Source of the DNA: a virus
Length of the DNA stretch: 20,193 nucleotides
Direction: 5' to 3' (one strand)
Virus genome (UHGV): UHGV-0040698
How positions within the stretch are numbered: the first letter of the stretch is position 1; every line of letters starts with the position of its first letter. The notes beneath the pieces are model-generated. The model was given only the letters and a program-made list of their open reading frames with translations, did no database searches and had not been told where the DNA came from. Made by a program: the position numbers and the translations under genes. Below are positions 1 through 7,944 of this stretch, in pieces.

Positions 1-205
1 GTGGCTTATGAAGACATTACTAACATCGGGGTGTACTAATCAACGGGGAGCAGGTCAGGGTGGCGAAGTAACCACTCTTAACACAGTAAACGAGAAAATG
101 CGGACCGCGTAAGTTTTTTTTGATAGATTATGCATATGCAACGAACCCAGGATCATTAACAAATCACAACCCATTGATTCAAAAGGATAATAAAGGGTAA
201 TTTTA

Positions 206-1138
206 ATGACTACTACAGCCACTTCCGCGCCACTAACTAAACAAAAAAAAATGCGTATCGGTTTCTTCCAAAGCTCCTCAGGAACGAAGTCAACTACATC
301 AAATGCACAACTTGCATTTGACAACATGTATACAACCATTGTTACACCTTCGCAAAATTCTTATACCGCTGAGTTTGATAAGAAAAAATTAAAGATTGTA
401 TTATTAGAAAAAGACGCACAGGCGGAGTTCTATTTTGGTTATCTATCATGCTCTCGTGATGGTTTCCACTTACCTTATATTGGTGATGAAAATTGGGATG
501 AGCACAATATTCCGTTAGATGATAAAAAATATATAGTCGAACGCACTTATTTTATTTACTACTATAAGAAAGACATTCTTGTTTTATCTCAAAATCATTT
601 AGGACCTAAAGTTTCCGATTTAGCATTTCTTTTATTCAATTTTTCTGAAGAAAACAAACCTGTAGCGTTTGAGGCAATTTGGAAAAAAGAAAGTGTAAAA
701 GAACTACTTGAAACAGGAAGCACTTTACGTAGCTGTGAAATTACACTCGCCGCTCCACGTAATTTTAGCGCAACGGATTATGACCTTTCGAATTCATTTT
801 CCAAAAGTATGATTGAAATGATGGCTGGGATGGGCGGTTCGCATTTAAAACTATCACTTAGAGGTAGAGCATCGCAACGTAAATTAATCCGTGGTTATCT
901 CAGTGATGAAGTAAAAAGTGGAATAAAGGAATTAATAGAAAAAGTTCCTCACTTATTACGTAAAGCTAATGTCACTGAACCTAAAAATACTCATTCAAGG
1001 AGTCTTCTCAATCAAGTTCTGATCAGTGAAAAAAACATTAACACAAAAGATGGCTACGCAAAAGAAACAGATGTGCGTACTGCCTTGATCAGTGCTAAAA
1101 TTGAACATGGTCAGTATTTAAAGCAATATGAAATCTGA
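206..1138 (+). CDS. Hypothetical 310-aa protein; candidate RexA-like sensor of a two-gene module
   Basis: ATG at 206 with AAGGG upstream; long ORF in visibly AT-rich DNA; immediately followed on the same strand by a small 4-TM membrane protein gene; no catalytic motif recognised. Confidence 0.6.
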   Translation: MTTTATSAPLTKQKKMRIGFFQSSSGTKSTTSNAQLAFDNMYTTIVTPSQNSYTAEFDKKKLKIVLLEKDAQAEFYFGYLSCSRDGFHLPYIGDENWDEHNIPLDDKKYIVERTYFIYYYKKDILVLSQNHLGPKVSDLAFLLFNFSEENKPVAFEAIWKKESVKELLETGSTLRSCEITLAAPRNFSATDYDLSNSFSKSMIEMMAGMGGSHLKLSLRGRASQRKLIRGYLSDEVKSGIKELIEKVPHLLRKANVTEPKNTHSRSLLNQVLISEKNINTKDGYAKETDVRTALISAKIEHGQYLKQYEI

Positions 1139-1161
1139 TCTTATTTTTAAGGATGATGATT

Positions 1162-1605
1162 ATGCTTATTAAAGTTTTAATTAACATAGTTATCAGTGGG
1201 CTGTTAGCTTGGGTGCTTGGGAAATACCTAGCGCCTATGGCTCACTCTGATATCTTAAGTACAGCCGGAGTGTTATCTACGGTGGCAGGCATTTTGTTTG
1301 GTTTTGTATTGGCCGCTATTTCCATCTTCAGTTCTGCAAGTTCAAGTACTGATGGAATTATTTTTGCTTTAAAACAAAACAAGATTTTACCTAAAATTAT
1401 TCATAACCTGTTATCTACGGGAGTTACCTTAATATTAGCATGTATTTTCCCGCTGATAGCAATGTTTATAAATGAAAAAATCACCATTACCTCTGTAAGA
1501 CTTGATTTCGCCCTAACCTTATATGGTTTCTCGACCCTGATCGTATCAATAGTTTCATTTGCAAGTACCTGGAGGAAAATAAACTGGATATTACCCCACA
1601 TATAA
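1162..1605 (+). CDS. Small four-helix membrane protein (147 aa); candidate RexB-like effector
   Basis: AAGGA Shine-Dalgarno 8 nt before ATG at 1162 (track start 1153 sits directly on the SD); four hydrophobic segments of ~20 aa; gene pair architecture matches lambda RexA/RexB. Confidence 0.6.
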   Translation: MLIKVLINIVISGLLAWVLGKYLAPMAHSDILSTAGVLSTVAGILFGFVLAAISIFSSASSSTDGIIFALKQNKILPKIIHNLLSTGVTLILACIFPLIAMFINEKITITSVRLDFALTLYGFSTLIVSIVSFASTWRKINWILPHI

Positions 1606-1608
1606 TAT

Positions 1609-1634
1609 TAAGCAGGTGCAAGCACACCTGCTTA
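1609..1634. terminator. Strong hairpin between convergent genes (possible bidirectional terminator)
   Basis: 10-bp perfect stem TAAGCAGGTG/CACCTGCTTA with 6-nt loop, 4 nt after the stop at 1603-1605 and 15 nt before the Q stop; no clean U-tract on either side. Confidence 0.4.
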
Positions 1635-1648
1635 TCCAAACCAAGATA

Positions 1649-2011
1649 TTAATCCATATCTAAGCTAACATTTAGAATAGCTAGACAACCTTCTATAAAT
1701 CCCTCAGCCATCTGTATCTCAATGCGTATTATTTTCTCATCCTTTTTGCGAGCTTTAGCGAGCTTTCTTTTAGAGATACCGTATAGGTAATGGGCAACAA
1801 GAAGCGAGTGTTCTTCAGGTCTTTTTTGCTTTAGACGAGCAAGACAACCTTCAATAATTAATGCATCACTATCTGAACAAGCCTGACGTGTTTTGCTTGT
1901 ATAGGGAAGAAGCCCTTTAAACCCAGCAGCTATAGGCGAATAGTCTACCCCAGAACTATCACTCGCCGCCCATGCACCCCAACGATCCAGAACCATCTGA
2001 ATATCACGCAT
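1649..2011 (-). CDS. Antitermination protein Q (phage 82 / QuuD-like Q family)
   Basis: Product begins MRDIQMVLDRWGAWAA...IAAGFKGL, the characteristic N-terminus of enterobacterial prophage Q proteins; track start at 2026 adds 5 residues; last gene of the minus-strand operon. Confidence 0.8.
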   Translation of the reverse strand: MRDIQMVLDRWGAWAASDSSGVDYSPIAAGFKGLLPYTSKTRQACSDSDALIIEGCLARLKQKRPEEHSLLVAHYLYGISKRKLAKARKKDEKIIRIEIQMAEGFIEGCLAILNVSLDMD

Positions 2012-2028
2012 CAACTTTCTCCACAAAA

Positions 2029-3024
2029 TCAGGCCAGCACGCCAGTTGCCAGCGCGCGATCGATAAAACGAAATATCAGCTCCAGCTGGGAGCCATACTT
2101 CTCTTCAAATGCCACGGTATCCGCATGCAGCTCGTCGTGATGCTTTCTGCACAAAGGCAACACAAAGAGATCATGCGCTTTTGTACCCATTCCACCCTGA
2201 CCGTGGCCTATCAGGTGGTGGGGATCATCAGCAGGCTTTCCACAACATGCACACGGCTGCGTCTTAACCCAGCGCGTGTACTTTTCATTAACCCAGCGGC
2301 GACGTTTTGGGCGTAACATAAAAGACTCCGGCGACTCTGGATCCACTTTCAGCGCCAGCACCTTTTTCGCTTTATCCTGGATAATGCTGGTGGCAGGAAC
2401 CGAAGGAACAAGGTCACTCTCCCGGGTGACAGACGGCACAACAGGCTTAGGTAATCTCAGTGCCTTACGGGCTGCACTTTCCGGTAAGGCATCAGCCAGG
2501 TCATTACGAACCAGCCACCAGCACAGTTCCGGCATTGTTACAACGTGACTATCATCAAAACCGAGATCACGGCGCACAACAGATAACACCCAGCGGGCAC
2601 AGTTATCCGTTGCCATTGATTCCAGCCGTTCCGTGAACTGATCGCGCAGCTGGTTATCGCAGTGCCAGCACAGACGGATTGCGCCCGGCGCGTGTCGCAT
2701 TGTGGTCATGTTCTCGCTGTGCCAGTCAGAATGGGGCCACTGGCAGCCTTTTTCACGAAGTAACCAGCTTTCAAGACATTCCACTCCACCAGCACGACGG
2801 ATTACTGCCTCATTGCGGAACACGGCCCGAACGGCAGGATCATCCGCCAGCGGTTGTGATGCCGCCGGAACGGCACCACTGGCGAAAGATGAATAACGTT
2901 CCGGCTCAGGCTCCAGCAGGACACGCCCCTGCATAAACAGGGGCATCAGCTCTGAACCTGGTCTGAACAATACGATCCCCATACGCGGGGCAATTTCAGG
3001 GGTCAGTAGTGCTCTCACGGTCAC
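2029..3024 (-). CDS. DUF968-family phage protein (YdfU-like) with Cys/His-rich HNH-like C-terminus
   Basis: C-terminal CACCGKPADDPHHL...CRKHHDELH motif typical of DUF968 prophage proteins; track start is GTG at 3024 and true start is uncertain (next ATG at 2982 lacks SD). Confidence 0.7.
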   Translation of the reverse strand: MTVRALLTPEIAPRMGIVLFRPGSELMPLFMQGRVLLEPEPERYSSFASGAVPAASQPLADDPAVRAVFRNEAVIRRAGGVECLESWLLREKGCQWPHSDWHSENMTTMRHAPGAIRLCWHCDNQLRDQFTERLESMATDNCARWVLSVVRRDLGFDDSHVVTMPELCWWLVRNDLADALPESAARKALRLPKPVVPSVTRESDLVPSVPATSIIQDKAKKVLALKVDPESPESFMLRPKRRRWVNEKYTRWVKTQPCACCGKPADDPHHLIGHGQGGMGTKAHDLFVLPLCRKHHDELHADTVAFEEKYGSQLELIFRFIDRALATGVLA

Positions 3025-3025
3025 C

Positions 3026-3841
3026 TCAATGAACGGTATTGAGCAGCTTTAACAGCTCAGGGAATCGGGATTCGAAGAAGTGCGGCTGCGTCTCGCGCGG
3101 ATTTGCAGGACTGGTGATGTTCTTGCCGAACATGCAGCCTTTCGCTGTCAGCGACCAGAATTTTTTGATGTTGTTAATCGAGGTACGGCTGTATCGTTCG
3201 CGCTGCTCGACGATCCCCAGCTTCACCATCTGGTGATATGCCTGATTAGCCGTAAGGCGGATACCATACTGTTTCAGCAGTGCACTCAGCGACAGCGTAG
3301 GGCGGCTTGAACCATCTGGCGCATCAGCAGGTGCATCAATGGCATAGATCGGCATAAGTTCAGGAAGACCAGCTACCTTTGATAATTTCTGGTATGCACC
3401 AAGTTTCGAGGAGTTTGACAGATTTAGAGTCTTTGCTGCTGATTCAAGCAGAATGACCCCGGATTTAATTTTGTCGGATGTGGTTTCTTCTGGTGATGAA
3501 TTATGAAGCGCATCAAAAGTACGTATCACTTTTAAGCTGAATGCCGGGCTGATCCACATTGCATATGCATAGACCAGCTCTTTACAGACATACGTCCCAC
3601 CATTGCGCCCCTGAATGGTGATGACAGGAATACTACGGGAATCTCCCGTAGTTTCTTCTTCCAATAATTCCACAAGAGCCTTCGTTTCAGGACGACGCAT
3701 AAACTCGTGAACTTCCAGCGAACGGGAGGAGCGATTCTCACCAGCGGCAAGAAGAGCAGCTTTCTGAAGGTCGTTAAGACAGTAGTTAGATTCGAAGTAC
3801 TGGCGCACAGAAACGCCATCAATTACAAGCAACTGATTCAT
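3026..3841 (-). CDS. KilA-N domain protein, antirepressor-like
   Basis: IQGRNGGTYVCKELVYAYAMWISPAFSLKV KilA-N signature; start moved from GTG 3853 to ATG 3841 which has GGAGA 5 nt upstream; LexA box lies in its upstream region. Confidence 0.7.
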   Translation of the reverse strand: MNQLLVIDGVSVRQYFESNYCLNDLQKAALLAAGENRSSRSLEVHEFMRRPETKALVELLEEETTGDSRSIPVITIQGRNGGTYVCKELVYAYAMWISPAFSLKVIRTFDALHNSSPEETTSDKIKSGVILLESAAKTLNLSNSSKLGAYQKLSKVAGLPELMPIYAIDAPADAPDGSSRPTLSLSALLKQYGIRLTANQAYHQMVKLGIVEQRERYSRTSINNIKKFWSLTAKGCMFGKNITSPANPRETQPHFFESRFPELLKLLNTVH

Positions 3842-3938
3842 TGGTTTCTCCACAAATTTTTATCCACGAGCGGGACTGCACTCCCTTTTCGTTGATGCAG
3901 GATGAACTTACTGCGATTTTTAATAGTTATCAAGGATA

Positions 3939-3958
3939 CACTGTTCATAAATACAGTA
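3939..3958. promoter_or_regulatory. LexA (SOS) box upstream of the KilA-N gene
   Basis: caCTGTtcataaatACAGta matches the CTGT-N8-ACAG core of the E. coli LexA box consensus; lies in the 150-bp intergenic gap between rusA and the KilA-N gene. Confidence 0.6.
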
Positions 3959-4003
3959 TCTTTAACGAGGTAATACCCAAATTTAGGGTGTTGCTCAATT
4001 CCG

Positions 4004-4399
4004 TTACCGAGTTGCTAATTTGCAACTCGCTTTTTCGTACTTACTGATAGTGATCTCGACCTTCCCCTCCGGGATAACCGGTCCCCACTCCACCAGCATT
4101 CTTTTCACCTGACTGTCGTCTTCCCACACACCCGCGTGGGTCAGGGCGTCAAACAGCGCCTTGTTATAGTTGTCCAGATCGCGGATCCGGTTATCCGGAG
4201 GAAACAACACGATCTCCACTGAAGCAGGTGCCGACGTTGGTTTTGGCAGACGACGTAACTGCTCAACTATTGCTGCACACGCCGCGCTCTGGAATTTGCG
4301 CCCCGCCGCGCTTATCAGGCTCTTACCTGCAAACGCCCCTTTGTTGGGGTGTCGCCAGTACGTGTTCACGCTGGGCGGGAAAGGCAGGATCAGCTTCAT
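4004..4399 (-). CDS. rusA: Holliday junction resolvase RusA
   Basis: ~130-aa product with conserved RusA-like acidic core (DLDNYNKALFDALT...W.DD.QV); ATG with GAGGGG upstream; ATGA overlap with upstream gene. Confidence 0.8.
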   Translation of the reverse strand: MKLILPFPPSVNTYWRHPNKGAFAGKSLISAAGRKFQSAACAAIVEQLRRLPKPTSAPASVEIVLFPPDNRIRDLDNYNKALFDALTHAGVWEDDSQVKRMLVEWGPVIPEGKVEITISKYEKASCKLATR

Positions 4400-4722
4400 A
4401 CTTTCAGACCCCTCTCATGTAACCAGTGGGCTGCACGCAACCTGGCGTTCTCCTCACCGGCAAGCAGTGCGCGGATGATACCGACCGCTTCGCTGTCGTC
4501 GTCCTTCACTGCGGTATGAAGCGTGATCCCCCGGGCCACGCCACGCTTTATCGTGATGACGCCTTTTTTCTCCAGTGCGCGAAGATGCTCCACCGCTGCA
4601 TTCACCGAACGGTATCCCAGCATGGTTGCCACCTCCTGATTGGTTGGCGGAAAGCCACGTTCTTTCTGGTAAGAAATCAGCATATCCAGCACCTGCTGCT
4701 GGCATTGAGTTAACGTCGTCAT
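4396..4722 (-). CDS. LexA N-terminal DNA-binding-domain protein without peptidase domain
   Basis: LTQCQQQVLDMLISYQKERGFPPTNQEVATMLGYRSVNAAVEHLRALEKKGVITIKRGVARGI parallels the LexA winged-helix N-domain (LT.RQ.EV...I......G.PPT..EIA..LG.RSPNAAEEHLKAL.RKGVIEI..G.SRGI); 108 aa, no S24 Ser/Lys domain; GGAGA SD. Confidence 0.7.
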   Translation of the reverse strand: MTTLTQCQQQVLDMLISYQKERGFPPTNQEVATMLGYRSVNAAVEHLRALEKKGVITIKRGVARGITLHTAVKDDDSEAVGIIRALLAGEENARLRAAHWLHERGLKV

Positions 4723-5372
4723 GCCGCCATCTCCCTGACCAGTTTTTCTGCCTGCTGGCGAACCTGCGCCAGAAACGCCTCACCACATGCCTCAAGTTCA
4801 TCGCGCCCGATGTAGCTGATTGCCGGTCCCTTCCAGGTCTTGTCGAAAACAGCAATAGCACCAGCGAAGAAAGCGCCTGTCGGCACCTGCTTCTCATCCT
4901 TCGGGATAAACCAGGCAGGCAGTTCAAAACCAATACGCCCGCGAATAAAAGCAATATGATCTGCATCTTCCGGCCACCACACTTCGCTGGTGGCAGCTTT
5001 GATCAGGAAAACATAGCGCCCGCCTTTATCACGCATGGCACTGGCATGCTTCATGATGTAACGCATGCCGGTGATGTATTGCCCCTCATGCTGACTGGCG
5101 CGGCTGTATGGGGGATTACCAAAGGCAGCACCTTTAAGCTCCGCAAGACGTTCTGACCAGTCATGCGCCAGCGCGTTGTCTTCCGCCGTGTAATACGCGG
5201 CACATTTGGCGTTATCACCGTCAGTGAACAGATCCAGAACAAACGGGCCAAACAGGGTGTTAATTCCCCAGAAAATGTTGTCCGGCGTGCGCCACTGATC
5301 GCCCACTTCCTTCAGTTCATGGGCTGGTTTGTTCCGCAGTTCCACCAGCGCCTGGCAATATTTATTACTCAT
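4719..5372 (-). CDS. Phage N6-adenine DNA methyltransferase (Dam-like)
   Basis: FGNPPYS catalytic motif IV of N6-adenine MTases; start set at ATG 5372 (TAATG overlap with upstream stop, GGGGG SD) rather than the GTG at 5405. Confidence 0.75.
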   Translation of the reverse strand: MSNKYCQALVELRNKPAHELKEVGDQWRTPDNIFWGINTLFGPFVLDLFTDGDNAKCAAYYTAEDNALAHDWSERLAELKGAAFGNPPYSRASQHEGQYITGMRYIMKHASAMRDKGGRYVFLIKAATSEVWWPEDADHIAFIRGRIGFELPAWFIPKDEKQVPTGAFFAGAIAVFDKTWKGPAISYIGRDELEACGEAFLAQVRQQAEKLVREMAA

Positions 5373-5860
5373 TAAGCCCCCACGTAATTCCCTGACAGAT
5401 ACCACTCTTCACCCGATGCAGCGCGCTTGCTGCTTTTCCGTAAGCACCGCTCACGACGCGCCAGAAAATTGTTTCGTTCTGGCTGGGAGTGGCTTTCACG
5501 GAATGCCGCCATCCACACGGTTGCAGCACGACGGTATAAGCCCCTGGACTCCAGTTCTTCCGCCTGGCGGGTCAGGCACAAAATCACACGGGGATCGTTA
5601 GTGCCGACATAGAAATTGCGCACAGGTCTGGTTTCACGAACTGGTTGTGGTTCCGGTTCCTGCGCTCTCTCAGTCAGGCGCGGGAAATGTCTGCGTGTAT
5701 CTCCTTCACAACGGTGAGCCACACGCCCACTCTGACGTAACTTGCTTGCTGACTGCAGAACGCGCTGCCGTGAGTAACCGGCAAAAGCATCCGCAATATC
5801 TCCGGAAGTACAGCCCGGATGGGCTTCAATGAATTTCTGAACGTCATTCAAAAGACTCAT
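5372..5860 (-). CDS. Hypothetical regulator with PerC-like C-terminal region
   Basis: C-terminal AEELESRGLYRRAATVW resembles PerC-family activators; ATG at 5860 two nt after the upstream stop with GGGGG SD (track start 5866 is GTG). Confidence 0.5.
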   Translation of the reverse strand: MSLLNDVQKFIEAHPGCTSGDIADAFAGYSRQRVLQSASKLRQSGRVAHRCEGDTRRHFPRLTERAQEPEPQPVRETRPVRNFYVGTNDPRVILCLTRQAEELESRGLYRRAATVWMAAFRESHSQPERNNFLARRERCLRKSSKRAASGEEWYLSGNYVGA

Positions 5861-5862
5861 GC

Positions 5863-6804
5863 TCACCCCCTGAATCCTGCCGGGATTTGGCTGTAGTCCA
5901 CGTTGTCGTAACTGGCTTTGAAGTACGGGTCTTCGCGTTTTTCGGTGTACGTGCTGACGGACGGCGATAAGCGCAGGGAAAGCTCATCCCATTTTTCCCG
6001 CAGCTTCGACGGGCTGAGCACGTTACGGCACCAGAACGGATCGCGACTGACGCGGCTGTACATCTCGCAGATTTGTTTATGAGTACGACCATCCTGCACA
6101 CACATCAGGCGAATTTCGTTTGCCCAGGCTGTCCAGTTCGGTTCTTTGGGACGAACCACCTCGCCGTCACATTCGGCGGCCTGCTCGTACAGGGCGATGA
6201 TTTTTTTCCAGAGCCACTGTGCGCAGGTCAAATCATCCTGCGTTCCCCACTGGCGCTTTTTAGGGCTGAATACAACCGCATCAGGATGGCGAGTTAAAAA
6301 CTCCTGTTCAGCCGTCTGCGTGTCCGGTTGCGAAGCGTCCGGACGAGAAGTTTTTTTATCTGACGGATCATGTTTTGATTTTACTGACGGATCCCCGCCA
6401 GATTCTGACGGGTGAAAACCCGCTTTTTTGCCAGATTTCGACGCATCAAATTTTGACGGGTCAGATTTTGATGCGTCAGATTTTGACGGGTCAGAATCTG
6501 ACAGTTGAGAAAATGCCGCTGCCTGAAGCTTCGCAACGTTAAGCTGATAAACATTCGACGCATTGCGGTTACCCTGGCGACGCGCCTTACGCGTTAACCA
6601 GCCTTCTGCTTCCAGCCGTGCGATAGCCGTTCTGACGGTACTCATTCCCGCGCCAATCTGGCGGGCAATGGTTTCAATTGATGGCCAGCACACACCTTCG
6701 TCATTACTGAAATCAGCCAGGCGGGCCATAATTGCCACGCTGGATAATTTCATGCCTGATGCAGCGCAACCATCCCATACATAGCCGGTTAATTTAGTGC
6801 TCAT
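5863..6804 (-). CDS. Phage replication initiation protein (N-terminal winged-HTH, repeat-containing linker)
   Basis: N-terminus CWPSIETIARQIGAGMSTVRTAIARLEAEGWL is an HTH of replication-initiator type; the gene contains DNA iterons that encode the SDPSKSDASKSDPSKFDASKS repeat; GAGG SD. Confidence 0.7.
   Translation of the reverse strand: MSTKLTGYVWDGCAASGMKLSSVAIMARLADFSNDEGVCWPSIETIARQIGAGMSTVRTAIARLEAEGWLTRKARRQGNRNASNVYQLNVAKLQAAAFSQLSDSDPSKSDASKSDPSKFDASKSGKKAGFHPSESGGDPSVKSKHDPSDKKTSRPDASQPDTQTAEQEFLTRHPDAVVFSPKKRQWGTQDDLTCAQWLWKKIIALYEQAAECDGEVVRPKEPNWTAWANEIRLMCVQDGRTHKQICEMYSRVSRDPFWCRNVLSPSKLREKWDELSLRLSPSVSTYTEKREDPYFKASYDNVDYSQIPAGFRG
6355..6506. repeat. Iteron array inside the replication gene (candidate origin of replication)
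   Basis: About eight imperfect direct copies of a ~14-15 bp unit (ATTTTGACGGGTCAG, ATTTTGATGCGTCAG, GATTCTGACGGGTG ...) with TGACnnGTCA cores, analogous to ori-lambda inside gene O. Confidence 0.6.
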
Positions 6805-6813
6805 GACCGACCT

Positions 6814-7152
6814 CTATTTCCCTGAATTTACGACGAAACTGTTCGAGCGGGCTGAAGCACTCATGCTCATAGCCTTCGCGGAGGTAGATAACACGTTGTG
6901 TTTCCGGCTCCCAACGAATGACTCTGACGGGCACTCCGTAGTGATCTTTGAACCAGCGGTTAACTTGTCGCAAAGGACTGTCTCCTTCTGCCGGTTGAAA
7001 TCACCCACAGCCCACTCTGCAAAGCTGTGGGTTACAATTTCCCTGTCACCTGGTACATTTACTGCATAGCAATACTCCACCTTCGCTTTTCCACCCGGTA
7101 CAGGAAGCGCAATCAGTTGCGAGCGACGGTAGTGTGTTGTTAAACTGTTCAT
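6814..7152 (-). CDS. Hypothetical protein (112 aa)
   Basis: ATG at 7152 overlaps the upstream stop (ATGA) and has GGAGA upstream; stop 7 nt before the replication gene start; no recognisable motif. Confidence 0.4.
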   Translation of the reverse strand: MNSLTTHYRRSQLIALPVPGGKAKVEYCYAVNVPGDREIVTHSFAEWAVGDFNRQKETVLCDKLTAGSKITTECPSESFVGSRKHNVLSTSAKAMSMSASARSNSFVVNSGK

Positions 7153-7712
7153 GCGTTAGTTTCTCCACAGTCACGACACGCCACGGCGCCCGGAGCTGCA
7201 CACTCGCGGGCGTCACTACTTTCTGAAACGCAAAAGATTTTGTAGACCAGTGCTGCATGCTCCTGCAGCTTCGAAATTGAGAGGTACAGCTCATCGTTAA
7301 TTGCTGTCTTCTCATGCGGTTCCACTACACCGTCTTCAATTGCTGAACGAATCTGTTTTGAATAACTGCCGATCTGTTCAATGACTTCCAGCAGGCGTTG
7401 GTTGATATCGGCGTTGTCCACATCCTCGACGTCAGGAAGAGACACAAAGACGCCATTTGCAGACTGCGCCACAGCATCAGCAATGAAGTGAGTGCCACCA
7501 GCACGCTGTAAAACCATTGCCCATCCCAGCGGGAAAATCTGATCGCCATCTGCACGAAGGCGGTTGAATAAAGCGTTTTCTGTTACATCGAGCCAGTCAG
7601 CCGCTTCAGCGTAACCACCCGGCAACGCCGCGATAGTTTTTCTGACAGCTTTCACGTACCACTCAGGCTGTTTTTCTATTTTCCAGTGATGCTTACCCAC
7701 GGTTAGCCTCAT
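7149..7712 (-). CDS. CII-like / YdaT-like phage regulatory protein
   Basis: Position directly downstream of the Cro-like gene as in Rac ydaS-ydaT; 187-aa product; weak SD; family assignment by context and size only. Confidence 0.45.
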   Translation of the reverse strand: MRLTVGKHHWKIEKQPEWYVKAVRKTIAALPGGYAEAADWLDVTENALFNRLRADGDQIFPLGWAMVLQRAGGTHFIADAVAQSANGVFVSLPDVEDVDNADINQRLLEVIEQIGSYSKQIRSAIEDGVVEPHEKTAINDELYLSISKLQEHAALVYKIFCVSESSDARECAAPGAVACRDCGETNA

Positions 7713-7743
7713 CGTTCTGTGGTTAAAAATTGAAAGTGTTCTG

Positions 7744-7944
7744 CTAATCTTTCGGATAGATATCCGGTCTTAAGTCAGATTTCGTAATTGCACCTGACGT
7801 GCATTGCTCAAGTTTTTTAGCCAGCACAAAACTGGCTTTTTTATAGCCATTGAAAACCAGCCGTAAGTAGCCAGGTGTTGAGCCAACTTTTCCGGCCAAC
7901 TCGCCCTGCTGTTCTTTGGTTAAAGAGTCCCAATACGCTTTCAT
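7744..7944 (-). CDS. Cro-like HTH regulator (YdaS-like)
   Basis: 66-aa product MKAYWDSLTKEQQGELAGKVGSTPGYLRLV...SDLRPDIYP; GGAGGT SD 9 nt before ATG 7944; divergent from the cI-like gene; the track's 167-aa version lacks an SD. Confidence 0.7.
   Translation of the reverse strand: MKAYWDSLTKEQQGELAGKVGSTPGYLRLVFNGYKKASFVLAKKLEQCTSGAITKSDLRPDIYPKD

Noticed and set aside
55-339. 94-aa minus-strand ORF
   Set aside because: Overlaps the start of the 206-1138 gene on the opposite strand, has no SD and crosses a T-run/intergenic region; likely a shadow ORF.
2276-2936. Plus-strand ORFs (90, 85, 64 aa) inside the DUF968 gene
   Set aside because: Antisense to a long coding frame, GC-rich shadow frames with proline/arginine-rich translations.
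3039-3895. Plus- and minus-strand short ORFs within the KilA-N gene and its upstream region
   Set aside because: Embedded in or antisense to the KilA-N frame; 3707-3895 and 3841-4047 cross the regulatory gap without SD.
4170-5156. ORFs 4170-4478, 4228-4422, 4426-4713, 4454-4966, 4575-5156
   Set aside because: Alternative frames overlapping RusA, the LexA-domain gene and the methyltransferase; low-complexity Arg/Ala/Pro-rich translations.
6355-6506. CRISPR array
   Set aside because: The repeats are short degenerate iterons inside a coding frame with no unique spacers; no cas genes in the window. The heptamer at 20060-20090 is a simple tandem repeat.
6797-7069. Plus-strand 90-aa ORF opposite the 112-aa minus-strand ORF
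   Set aside because: The minus-strand ORF is translationally coupled (ATGA overlap, GGAGA SD) within a one-directional operon; the plus ORF would be an isolated divergent gene overlapping the replication gene start.
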